A stretch of DNA of 64,000 nt from Camelus dromedarius. Lineage: Eukaryota. The notes beneath the pieces are model-generated. The model had not been told where the DNA came from. It saw only the letters and a program-made list of their open reading frames with translations, and did not search any database. The stretch is taken from NCBI RefSeq assembly GCF_036321535.1, contig NC_087472.1, positions 77,314,001-77,378,000 on the forward strand, given 5' to 3'. The position numbers were made by a program, and so were the translations under genes. Position 1 is the first letter of the stretch. Every line of letters starts with the position of its first letter. Positions 53,189 through 63,196 of this stretch are shown here, one piece after another.

Positions 53189-56100
53189 TCAGTGCCTCCG
53201 CCTTCCGGCTGCCATCTCCAAGGCTAGCTGCGCGGTCCCCGGGACCCCTAGAGCCTGCGAGAGCCGTTCCTCACTTGGCACCAGCCAGGGTCCAGGGGAA
53301 TCTGGGGTTTGGTCTTCCGGGTCCCTCGTGCGGGGCTCACGAGCAGGAACGGCGGGGCCGTCGGCTGCCCCTTCTGGGCTAGGCTCCGGGCTGCCCTGGG
53401 TTTTGGGCGTCGTATAGGGTCGAGGGTGCTGAAGTGGGGAAGCGCTGGCGCTGTGAGACCTCATCACCTCTGGTTCCCCAAGATTTGGGCTTTGATCTGG
53501 GGATGGCAAGACTGCGGGTTAGATTGGGCGATAGGGTGGGGAAAGGAGGTCGGGATCCCTTGGCCATGGATGGCCGGGAGACTCCAAAGGCTGCCGGAGG
53601 CAGCGGCCCCGGTACTTAGAGAAACCTCCCTTCAAGGCATGGACATGCCCTTCGGGAACCGATGCCACCCCTCAAGACCCGACACCTCCTTTCCCAAGAC
53701 CCCTCCCCTCCTGGATCCAGAACACTCCCCTCAGAAATCAATTCCAACAACCCCCAAAGGAAATCAAATCCCTCCCATCTAGGATCCCAGACTTTCTCCT
53801 TGCTCATCCTACCTTCTTCAACTCCCAACCCTTTCTCTTACCCCTCTCTGGGTCTCTCTCTGACCCCTCTCCTTTTGGGACTAGACCTCCTACTTTCTGG
53901 ATCCCCATCCCATCCCCTCTCTCTTTAGAGCCACTCTTCCTTCCCATCCAAGGACCACGACCCTTCCTTCTGAATACCCACTTTTATCCCAAACCCCTTC
54001 ATTCCTCTTCCCTTCTAGTACTTCAAAAACCACCCTTCTGGAAATCCACCTTTATTCCTATCCTGTGACCCCGCCCTCCCCACCGCAACTTTGGAGACTA
54101 TCATGACCCTCACAAACACTGAAGCCTCGACCCTCCCCATTGAGACCACCAAACCCTTCTCACCCAGGACACCAGCCTCACCACTCTGCGACCCCCTTTC
54201 CCCCTCACAGATCCTTGACCCCTCTCTTCCTGGGAAACCCACCATCTTCTTTCCGGGGCCCTCCCACCCCCTCAGGCTTGCTGGCGTGGGTCTCAAGAGG
54301 CCTGCTTAGCACGAGACAGAGCCTGGGGCCGCCTGCACGAATCCGCTCCATGACCTGGGCATGGGTGAGGCCTTGAGTTGACTCTCCATTGATGTGGAGC
54401 ACTAGATCACCGACCTGTAAGAGTGCAAGGCAAGGGGTGTTGTAGGAAGGGCAAAATGGAGAGCACACTGACAAAGGGCAAGGACAGGGCTAGCACCGTC
54501 GAATGGGCGGTGCCTTACAGTTCACCTGCAAGCGGCCGCAGCGCTGTGCCGGCCCGTCCTTCAGCAGCCCGCGCACTGCCAGCGGAGCGTCCGCGCCTGC
54601 ATCTCGGCCTCCACTAAATGTGAGGCCAAAGCCCGCAGAACCCCGAACAAGTTCCACACAGAATCGACCAGAGGTCTGGGACGGCTTCGAAGCACAACGT
54701 GCCTTACCCTGCGTCACTTGGGGCGGTGCGGTACGTGCACCCAAGGTCTCTGGCCGACGGTGCTGGAGTAAGGACACAAGTGTACATGTGAGTGCCAGTC
54801 TCGAGGCAAGTGGCCTCGATTAGGAGGGCGAGGTGGTACCTGGGGCCGATGTTCCATGAAAGTGGCATTGGGAAGGCGACTGTCTGTGACCTCTATGTCC
54901 GCAGAATCGAGCACGCTAATGGCTGGGGGACGAAAGAGGCAGTCGGCAGAGTACGATACGGAAACCATCTAGGATCTGCTAACTGAATTAATATACTAGC
55001 CTCAGCTCATTTCCTTCCCCCTAGAAAGCACAGACTTGCCTATCTATTTAACTAGGCTCCGCCCCCACGAATAAGTATCCAGATCCCGCCTTCTTAACTA
55101 ATAATCTTGGAACTGAATAACCCTCCAGACCTTCCTACTTTCTTCTAGTAATACGAAGATCCCGCCTCTCATATTAAACCCGTAGCCCCCACCCTGGAAA
55201 GAGCTACTCTCGGATTCGGCTGCTGAAGATTCCAGGGCCCGCCCTCTTATTAGCCTATGAACCTCAACCTCTCCTTGACATTTCAAGACACGCCCCCAGT
55301 GCGTTTATAGGCTCCACCCCTTGACTACTAGTCTAGGCCCGCCCCGTAACTAAATCCCCATTCTCTACCCTCTCCAGGCTCTGCCTCCTCAGAAATGCCA
55401 CTCGAAACCCAGCTGACAAAAGACAGATCCAATCCCGCACCAACGATGAATCTTGCAACGTTCACCTACTGCAATAACCCTCTCTGTGTCACCTCCTAGA
55501 GGAATATTCTAGGATAACCCCAGCCGCCTCGAATCGCCGCCGAGCCCCGCCCTCCCAACTCACGCCCATGGGCCCCACCCAGCGGAGTAACTAGCAATCC
55601 CGGGCCCGCCACCTCAGAACCCAGCGCCACTCCGGCCACGCCCTCCAGGAGGCCCAGCCCCCATCACGCACCCTCCTTGGGGCGCAGGCGCAATGAAACG
55701 CCGGCCCTGCGAACCAGCGCCGCCACGTCGGCCGCGGCTCGGGCCGCCAGGGGGCGCGCGTCCAGCCGCGCCAGGAGCTGCCGGGCGCTGGGGCCCGCGG
55801 GCGGGGAAAGGCCGCGGCCTGCGCGAGTGAAAAGAACAGATCAGCGCCCACCCTGAGCCTCAGCGAGCCACCACACCCCCGACGATCGAAGACCTAGTAT
55901 GCCCCTCAAGATCCCCGGGGACCGAGACCACGCCCTCCGTAGTTCCAGAGGTCGCCGACTGTCCCTCTCACCTCCCGCGATCCCCGACCATCGCGGGTGT
56001 GCCCGTGGACCCCCCGCCTGGCCCCACGATATCCCTGGAGATAGCTGTTTAACCTCAGTACTCCTGGACACCTCCGAACACCCCGCAAATACCTCTGGAG

Positions 56101-56707
56101 GTCTCCGACTGCCCCCTTGTAACCCCGGACTACAAACTCTCCTCCCCAATATGGAGAGGGACCTAGATTTCCCCCAGATGTCCCGACAGAACACGGTCTG
56201 CCCCCCACCCCAGTGGCCGCGGCACCCCCGAGTCCCATTCCAGATATCCTAGGCAACCCTGACGGCCCACGTGGCCCCAGAGTGCCCCCTCCACACATCT
56301 CCAGAGGCCCCCCGCCTCACCCCCCAAAATGCACCACAGACCCTGAGTGCCCAGGTGTCCCCAGTGACCCGGGCAGACCCCTCTGACACATCTCCCCCGA
56401 GATTCCCGAGAGCCCCCGGGTCTGGTGCGCTGCCCCGCAGCGCGGGTGTGGGTGCGGGTGCAGGTAGGGGGCCTCGAGCCCAGCCCCGGTCGCTGGGCCC
56501 CTGCCCTCTACGGCCGCCGCCCGCCCGCCGCCGCCGCCGCCGCCGCTTGGGCGCCAGGGCTGCTTTGTTTACCACCTGTCGCAAGGAAAAGGTGAGGAGC
56601 AGACAGGCGGGGCGAGGGCTGGCAGGGACGCGCCCGCTCCCTCCCCCCCGCCCCGTACCTCCTCTGCTCCGCCTAGGGTCCGCGGCGCCCCCCGCAAGCC
56701 GCTCCAT
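53189..56707 (-). CDS. MAGIX: MAGI family member, X-linked (PDZ domain protein), complete, 336 aa
   Basis: Minus-strand exons 56659-56707, 55672-55818, 54840-54922, 54526-54762, 54243-54414, 53189-53511 (1011 nt, in frame). PDZ signature VELVRGSAGFGLTF...GPAQRCGRLQVGDLVLHINGEST; C-terminus EMAAGRRRH. Confidence 0.96.
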
Positions 56708-57388
56708 GACCAGGAGTCGGCGGGGTGGACGCACGGCCGCCAGCGACGCGTTTGGAGCGCCCGGGCGCGCTCACCTGGCGGCCCGCCCGGGCCTGGACGC
56801 GGCTGAGGCCGGCCGGTCCCGTGCCCGGCGCCCCGACCAGCGCCGTGACCTACCTGGCGGCCGGCAAGGAGGCCAGGCTGTGGGAGCCAGCGCGAGCGCT
56901 TGGCCTCGCTCTGTCTCAGGCGCTGCCTCTGTTTCCCAGGACCGTGGGAAACCTCTTTCCACCCAGGGGATGTTGTTACTCCTCTGGTGAGAAGGGGAAG
57001 TCGAGGCCCAGACAAGTTAAGGGCCCCACCTGAGCTCTGACAACTACCAAGGGGATCCAGAACCCGAACCCAAGTTTACCAGGGTGTTCTGCCGCCTCCA
57101 ACAGAGCTTTGCACAGCCTAGGCACTCAGTAACTTTGCAGTGAATGCTTGCCTCAGCTGGTCCCTACTGGGGAACTGGAAGAGTGTGGTGGGCTGGGGAG
57201 GGTGGCGCCCTTGGAGCCTTTGGGGTCCATGGGAGGCTTGGAGGCCCTGAGCAGGATAAGGTTTGGGGACTCAAAAAGTAGGGAGGGGAAGGCCCCCTGG
57301 AGAAGGAGGGGCGGTAGGGGCCTGGACTTGAGGAGGCTTTGAAGGCACGTTGGTGGGAGGGGACGCCAGCCAGTGAGAGGTGAGAAAT
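55455..57388. repeat. Left arm of large inverted repeat (MAGIX promoter, exons 1-2, part of intron 2)
   Basis: Base-by-base reverse complement of 58663-60678. Confidence 0.97.
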
Positions 57389-59343
57389 GAAGTCCTGAAC
57401 GCCAGATTAGAAGCTGCCATTTCCATCTTCAGTGCGCGAAGTCTCAATAAGAACAGAGCCAGGCAGAGAGTAAGTTACCTTGTCTGGGCCTCTGTTTCCT
57501 AATTTAAAAAATTAGGGAATAATAATTGTGCCAGTGTTGGCTTATTTCTCCTTCCACAAGCCATAGGTAAGAAGTTTACATAGCATTATACAAAGCAAGC
57601 ATCCTGGCTTCTTCGAAGAGAAGGTGGGCAGATGCGGGCATCTTCTGCTGGGGATCCTGGGAGCTCACACATCAGCTGTACTTCCAGGGATAGCCAAGAG
57701 GGACACAGCAGATCCCAGTTCAGGCAGGCAGACGACCAGAGGCCAATGATCCCGGTGACCGGCACTGCCCTGCATAATTGGTGACATCCCCGGGGGAGGG
57801 AGAGGGGACTGGGCCCTAGAGGAGAGAGAGGCAAGGCTTCCTAATGGAGGAGAGGACATGGATGCTTAGGTCTCAGCCTTGGTTTTTCTCCTCAACCGAA
57901 TTTTCTTGGGAAGACTTAGGAAAATAAATCAGCCTGGACTCTTCCCCACAGACAGAAGCACTTTGGTTTACAATTCTTCATAGTCAATCATACACCATCT
58001 GCATATGAACATGTGTTCTTTCTTTGTTTCAGAAAGAGAAGAATGGACGATTGGAGTCTTTGAACTGGGCCTTGATAACATGCAGTGGTGGACAAATGTC
58101 AGAAAAGGCCTCCCAGGGAGAGGAACAGCATGGGCAAAGGCAGGGAGGTGAGAATAACAGAGGGCCTATTTGGGGATCTGTGAAAACCCCATGTAGTCAC
58201 CACGAGAACAAGGCAGAGGAGGGAAGGAGGTCCAGTGTGCCCCTCTTCAGACAAGGTCAGGTCAGAGATGGGAGGGGCATGAGATTGCAGGAGGAATGAA
58301 AGCAAGAGAACAATCAGCCCTTTCACCTACCACAACACTGGGACCCTGCGAAGTGGATGAGAGAGGCTGTCCAGCCAGCCAGAATGGATGTCAGGACACA
58401 GTGCATCTACAGCCCATAGTGGAACAGGAACTGGACCAAGGAAGTGTGCGGAGTAAGCTGCCAAATCCAGGGCTATTGTTGGCTGGCTATGGGGCCCTGA
58501 GCCCCTCCTGCCCTGTTTCTTCCTCCACAAAATGGTGGCCACAGACCTTCTCTCACTGCACCCCATTCGTCCTTCCACTATAGTAGCACTGTGTAAATCA
58601 CTCTCCCACTTGGGCCTTCAGCTCCGGATACCCCACCCCTTTTCAAACCTAGAAAGGACCTTATTTCTCACCTCTCACTGGCTGGCGTCCCCTCCCACCA
58701 ACGTGCCTTCAAAGCCTCCTCAAGTCCAGGCCCCTACCGCCCCTCCTTCTCCAGGGGGCCTGCCCCTCCCTACTTTTTGAGTCCCCAAACCTTATCCTGC
58801 TCAGGGCCTCCAAGCCTCCCATGGACCCCAAAGGCTCCAAGGGCGCCACCCTCCCCAGCCCACCACACTCTTCCAGTTCCCCAGTAGGGACCAGCTGAGG
58901 CAAGCATTCACTGCAAAGTTACTGAGTGCCTAGGCTGTGCAAAGCTCTGTTGGAGGCGGCAGAACACCCTGGTAAACTTGGGTTCGGGTTCTGGATCCCC
59001 TTGGTAGTTGTCAGAGCTCAGGTGGGGCCCTTAACTTGTCTGGGCCTCGACTTCCCCTTCTCACCAGAGGAGTAACAACATCCCCTGGGTGGAAAGAGGT
59101 TTCCCACGGTCCTGGGAAACAGAGGCAGCGCCTGAGACAGAGCGAGGCCAAGCGCTCGCGCTGGCTCCCACAGCCTGGCCTCCTTGCCGGCCGCCAGGTA
59201 GGTCACGGCGCTGGTCGGGGCGCCGGGCACGGGACCGGCCGGCCTCAGCCGCGTCCAGGCCCGGGCGGGCCGCCAGGTGAGCGCGCCCGGGCGCTCCAAA
59301 CGCGTCGCTGGCGGCCGTGCGTCCACCCCGCCGACTCCTGGTC

Positions 59344-60469
59344 ATGGAGCGGCTTGCGGGGGGCGCCGCGGACCCTAGGCGGAGCAGAGGAGGTACGGGG
59401 CGGGGGGGAGGGAGCGGGCGCGTCCCTGCCAGCCCTCGCCCCGCCTGTCTGCTCCTCACCTTTTCCTTCCGACAGGTGGTAAACAAAGCAGCCCTGGCGC
59501 CCAAGCGGCGGCGGCGGCGGCGGCGGGCGGGCGGCGGCCGTAGAGGGCAGGGGCCCAGCGACCGGGGCTGGGCTCGAGGCCCCCTACCTGCACCCGCACC
59601 CACACCCGCGCTGCGGGGCAGCGCACCAGACCCGGGGGCTCTCGGGAATCTCGGGGGAGATGTGTCAGAGGGGTCTGCCCGGGTCACTGGGGACACCTGG
59701 GCACTCAGGGTCTGTGGTGCATTTTGGGGTGTGAGGCGGGGGCCTCTGGGGATGTGTGGAGGGGGCACTCTGGGGCCACGTGGGCCGTCAGGGTTGCCTA
59801 GGATATCTGGAATGGGACTCGGGGGTGCCGCGGCCACTGGGGTGGGGGGCAGACCGTGTTCTGTCGGGACATCTGGGGGAAATCTAGGTCCCTCTCCATA
59901 TTGGGGAGGAGAGTTTGTAGTCCGGGGTTACAAGGGGGCAGTCGGAGACCTCCAGAGGTATTTGCGGGGTGTTCGGAGGTGTCCAGGAGTACTGAGGTTA
60001 AACAGCTATCTCCAGGGATATCGTGGGGCCAGGCGGGGGGTCCACGGGCACACCCGCGATGGTCGGGGATCGCGGGAGGTGAGAGGGACAGTCGGCGACC
60101 TCTGGAACTACGGAGGGCGTGGTCTCGGTCCCCGGGGATCTTGAGGGGGGGGGGGGGGAGGGGGGGACGGGGGGGGGGGAGGGGGGGCTGGTCGGAGCGG
60201 GGGGGGTCGGGGGGGGGGGGGGGGGGGGGGCTCGCGGAGGGGGGGGATCGTCGGGGGTGTGGTGGCTCGCTGAGGCTCAGGGTGGGCGCTGATCTGTTCT
60301 TTTCACTCGCGCAGGCCGCGGCCTTTCCCCGCCCGCGGGCCCCAGCGCCCGGCAGCTCCTGGCGCGGCTGGACGCGCGCCCCCTGGCGGCCCGAGCCGCG
60401 GCCGACGTGGCGGCGCTGGTTCGCAGGGCCGGCGTTTCATTGCGCCTGCGCCCCAAGGAGGGTGCGTGA
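59344..60469 (+). pseudogene. MAGIX: Partial inverted copy of MAGIX (exons 1-2 only); pseudogene or 67-aa mini-gene
   Basis: Exon 1 59344-59392 and exon 2 60315-60461 are identical to the minus-strand gene with intact splice sites; homology stops in intron 2; in-frame TGA at 60467-60469. Confidence 0.8.
59505..59540 (+). repeat. (GCG)7 / CGG-type repeat in MAGIX intron 1 (mirrored at about 56511-56546)
   Basis: gcggcggcggcggcggcggcgggcgggcggcggccg. Confidence 0.8.
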
Positions 60470-60699
60470 TGGGGGCTGGGCCTCCTGGAGGGCGTGGCCG
60501 GAGTGGCGCTGGGTTCTGAGGTGGCGGGCCCGGGATTGCTAGTTACTCCGCTGGGTGGGGCCCATGGGCGTGAGTTGGGAGGGCGGGGCTCGGCGGCGAT
60601 TCGAGGCGGCTGGGGTTATCCTAGAATATTCCTCTAGGAGGTGACACAGAGAGGGTTATTGCAGTAGGTGAACGTTGCGAATATTGGACTTCCTGTTTT

Positions 60700-60970
60700 C
60701 AAGACCATCCTCTGAGCCACTGTACTATTCTGCTTTCCAAACATTGTTACTATGTCCCATTTCATTTAATTATATGTATACTTTCACATTTAAAGGCTCT
60801 AGTATATTTGCTCCATTCAAGCCATGTGCTGTAACTCATTTAGCCCATCCCCTAATGTTGTTCATTTAAGTGGTCTTCAAGCTTTTGCTACAATAAATAA
60901 TACTCTGATGAATCTTGTATAAATTTTTTTTGCACATCTTCGATGATTTCCTTGGGAAGAATTTTTAGCA
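60700..60970 (-). mobile_element. Ancient LINE-1 (L1M-type) fragment abutting the right palindrome arm
   Basis: catcccctaatgttgttcatttaagtggtcttcaagcttttgctacaataaataatactctgatgaatcttg. Confidence 0.55.
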
Positions 60971-61207
60971 GATTTGTAGTATTCTTTCTTATGACTATTT
61001 AAGTATCAGTCTCTTAAGGTCCTACACAAGAGTAGTCTATCTCATTAATCTTCTGAAGCCTTAGGACCTGGCTCTCACGACATATTTAAAGTTGGTAGGA
61101 ATTGTTTCTGCTTTTGTTTTTGTTTTTGTTTTAATATCCATTTAAGTGTCATTGATCCCCGCTGGAGTAGGAGCCTCTAGAGAGGAGGCCCCTCTATTTT
61201 ATTAATA

Positions 61208-61412
61208 CAGTTGACCCTTGAACAAAGGGGGGTTAGGGCAGCGACCCAGTGCAGTCTAAAATCCCCATATAACTTTAGTCTCCCCTCCATGTTCCACATC
61301 CTTGGATTCAACCAATCTTGCATCATGCAGTACTGTAGGAGGTAGTTAGTGACAGATACCCACATATAAGTGGCCCCTTGCAGTTCAAACCATGTTATTC
61401 AAGGATCAACTG
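61208..61412. mobile_element. Tigger2-family non-autonomous DNA transposon (TcMar)
   Basis: Terminal inverted repeats CAGTTGACCCTTGAACAA and TTATTCAAGGATCAACTG (16/18 match), flanked by TA on both sides. Confidence 0.85.
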
Positions 61413-61639
61413 TATCTGAATCCAGAATTTGTCCAGTATTAAATCTGTCACGTGTAGGCACCATTTACATGTCTATTTTTTATTATCGTACACAACTGGC
61501 ACTCACAGATGTTTCTCTTAATGACTTTTGTTACCTACACTTCCCACACCAGTAGGGCAGAATAACGAGCACACAGTAAACGCCTACAGGAAGGAATCAA
61601 TACTTGGCAAGAACGAACCCACCTTCTATCAAGCCTACC

Positions 61640-61865
61640 TCCTCCAAGAACTACATTTCCCGGTATGCTTGGCGCCACGCTCTCCTGTGACGTAAAAAGA
61701 GCGGCAATTACTTCCTATGGCCCCTTAGCCTTTGACCACCAGTGCCGCACTGTTTCACGGGTAAAGTAGTTCTAGCGCTCGTGGTCCGCCCCCCGGAAAA
61801 GTGAGAACAAACTAAACTTCCCATCAAGCAGCGCTCCGGCCTGGGAAGAGGGGCAAGATGGCGGA
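61640..61865 (+). promoter_or_regulatory. GPKOW housekeeping-type promoter with ZNF143/THAP11 motifs and YY1 site
   Basis: ACTACATTTCCCGGTATGC 61650-61668, ACTAAACTTCCCATCAAGC 61811-61829, a weaker minus-strand copy at 61752-61770, and YY1 CAAGATGGCGG over the ATG (61854-61864). Confidence 0.75.
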
Positions 61866-62969
61866 CGCTGAAGATGGTATATTGCGGCCGGCGAGAGCCT
61901 CCAGCGTCCCAATTTCATTCAGCTTCAGTCGAGTATCTGCCCGGATTCGGCTGGCGGGAGACGGCGCGGGTGCGGCTCCGGAGGATAAGGATTTCTTGAA
62001 GACCGTGGAAGGGAGAGAGCTACAGAGGTGAAGCGCTGGGTCTTTCGTCCGTTGGAAACCAGTGCAGTGGGTGCCTGCGGGAGAGTGGAATCAGAGTTGA
62101 TTGTCTTGGTGACAGTGGCCTGTAAAGCCTAAAGCACTGCGTGAGGAAATTTCGTGGAAGCGAGAAGGCGGGAGTTAGTAGGAGAGGGGGGCGGAAATTG
62201 GACCTGTTGACCCTAGGGGTTGAAAGGAGAGGATATAATCCTGAAAGGGAGTGTCTTTAGGGCTTGGGGGGCCCTGAGGAGCCTGCGTTCTGAAAAAGGG
62301 AAAGAGGGGAGAATGACAGGACTCCTAGTGTCCCAGCTAAAGCGGTGGGGCTTGTCCAATATGGCAAGCGGGATGGAGCGGCAGATTCAGGTTGGAGGAG
62401 ACCCCCATCAGCTTAATTGGGAAAGGAGAGCCTGATACAGGGACTTCCAGAAGAGAATCAACCATCCAGGAGGCTGGTGTGGAGCCTGGAGCTGGGGAAA
62501 GAGTCCAGGCTGAAGATGGTGATTTGTAGGTCATTGTGGAAACCATGGAAGTGGGTCTTGGGGTGAATAGAGGGTCCAGAACTGAGACCGGTTCCTCAGA
62601 AGCATTGATATTTAAGTTGAGGGTGGGGCAGAGAATCCAAAGAAAGCCTCACCAGCGACCTAACAGGAGAGCCAGACAGAAGAAGGGAGGGGTTGAGTGA
62701 CTTGGGGCTGAGGGTGAGTTTGGCTCTTGTGTTTTTCCCCTGAATGAAGGGGTATGGCTCAGAACCCACTGATCGTGCTGCTTCCCCAACTTCACCCCTC
62801 TGTGTCCACATCAGTGTGAAGCCCTCAGAAGCCCCCAAGGAACTTGTCATCCCTTTGATCCAGAATGGCCATCGCAGGCAGCCACCCACCCAGGCCCCTG
62901 GACCATCCATACATCCTGAGGTCTTGGCGGATGGAATGCTGTCCCAAGCTGTGAAGGAACTCATTGAGG
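61858..62969 (+). CDS. GPKOW: G-patch domain and KOW motifs protein, 3'-partial (exons 1-2; exon 3 presumed in the gap)
   Basis: Exon 1 61858-62027 (MADAEDG...DKDFLKTVEGRELQS) and exon 2 62815-62969 (VKPSEAPKELVIPLIQNGHRRQPP...SQAVKELIE) match the GPKOW N-terminus as I recall it; canonical splice sites. Confidence 0.93.
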
Positions 62970-63056
62970 GTGAGTGCTCCCTCCTTTGCCTTGCCCTAGT
63001 GAAGGAAGAAGGGGAGGAAAGCGGAAGGATAGGGTGGGACCTCATTGCTCCCTCCC

Positions 63057-63196
63057 NNNNNNNNNNNNNNNNNNNNNNNNNNNNNNNNNNNNNNNNNNNN
63101 NNNNNNNNNNNNNNNNNNNNNNNNNNNNNNNNNNNNNNNNNNNNNNNNNNNNNNNNNNNNNNNNNNNNNNNNNNNNNNNNNNNNNNNNNNNNNNNN
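63057..63196. other. Assembly gap (140 N) presumed to hide GPKOW exon 3
   Basis: The gap starts right after a branch-like/pyrimidine stretch (ctcattgctccctccc); no exon-3-like coding sequence is visible afterwards. Confidence 0.65.

Larger units (their letters stand above)
58663..60678. repeat. Right arm of large inverted repeat
   Basis: Reverse complement of 55455-57388 except for 4 substitutions, one 1-nt indel and a 97-nt G-rich patch (60149-60245) in place of 14 nt. Confidence 0.97.

Noticed and set aside
57389-58662. Possible older, degenerate extension of the inverted repeat into the spacer
   Set aside because: Only about 5-6 matching bases beyond the junction; the spacer is otherwise unique, with MIR/L2-like fragments.
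56271-60542. Several 150-275 aa ORFs on both strands in the palindrome arms
   Set aside because: Typical stop-poor CpG-island ORFs. The single 1-nt indel between the arms changes their frames, and they have no recognisable domains beyond the true MAGIX exons.
60679-60685. GAATATT at the right-arm junction repeating a 7-mer 55 nt upstream (possible templated insertion)
   Set aside because: A 7-nt AT-rich match can easily arise by chance, so no mechanism can be inferred.
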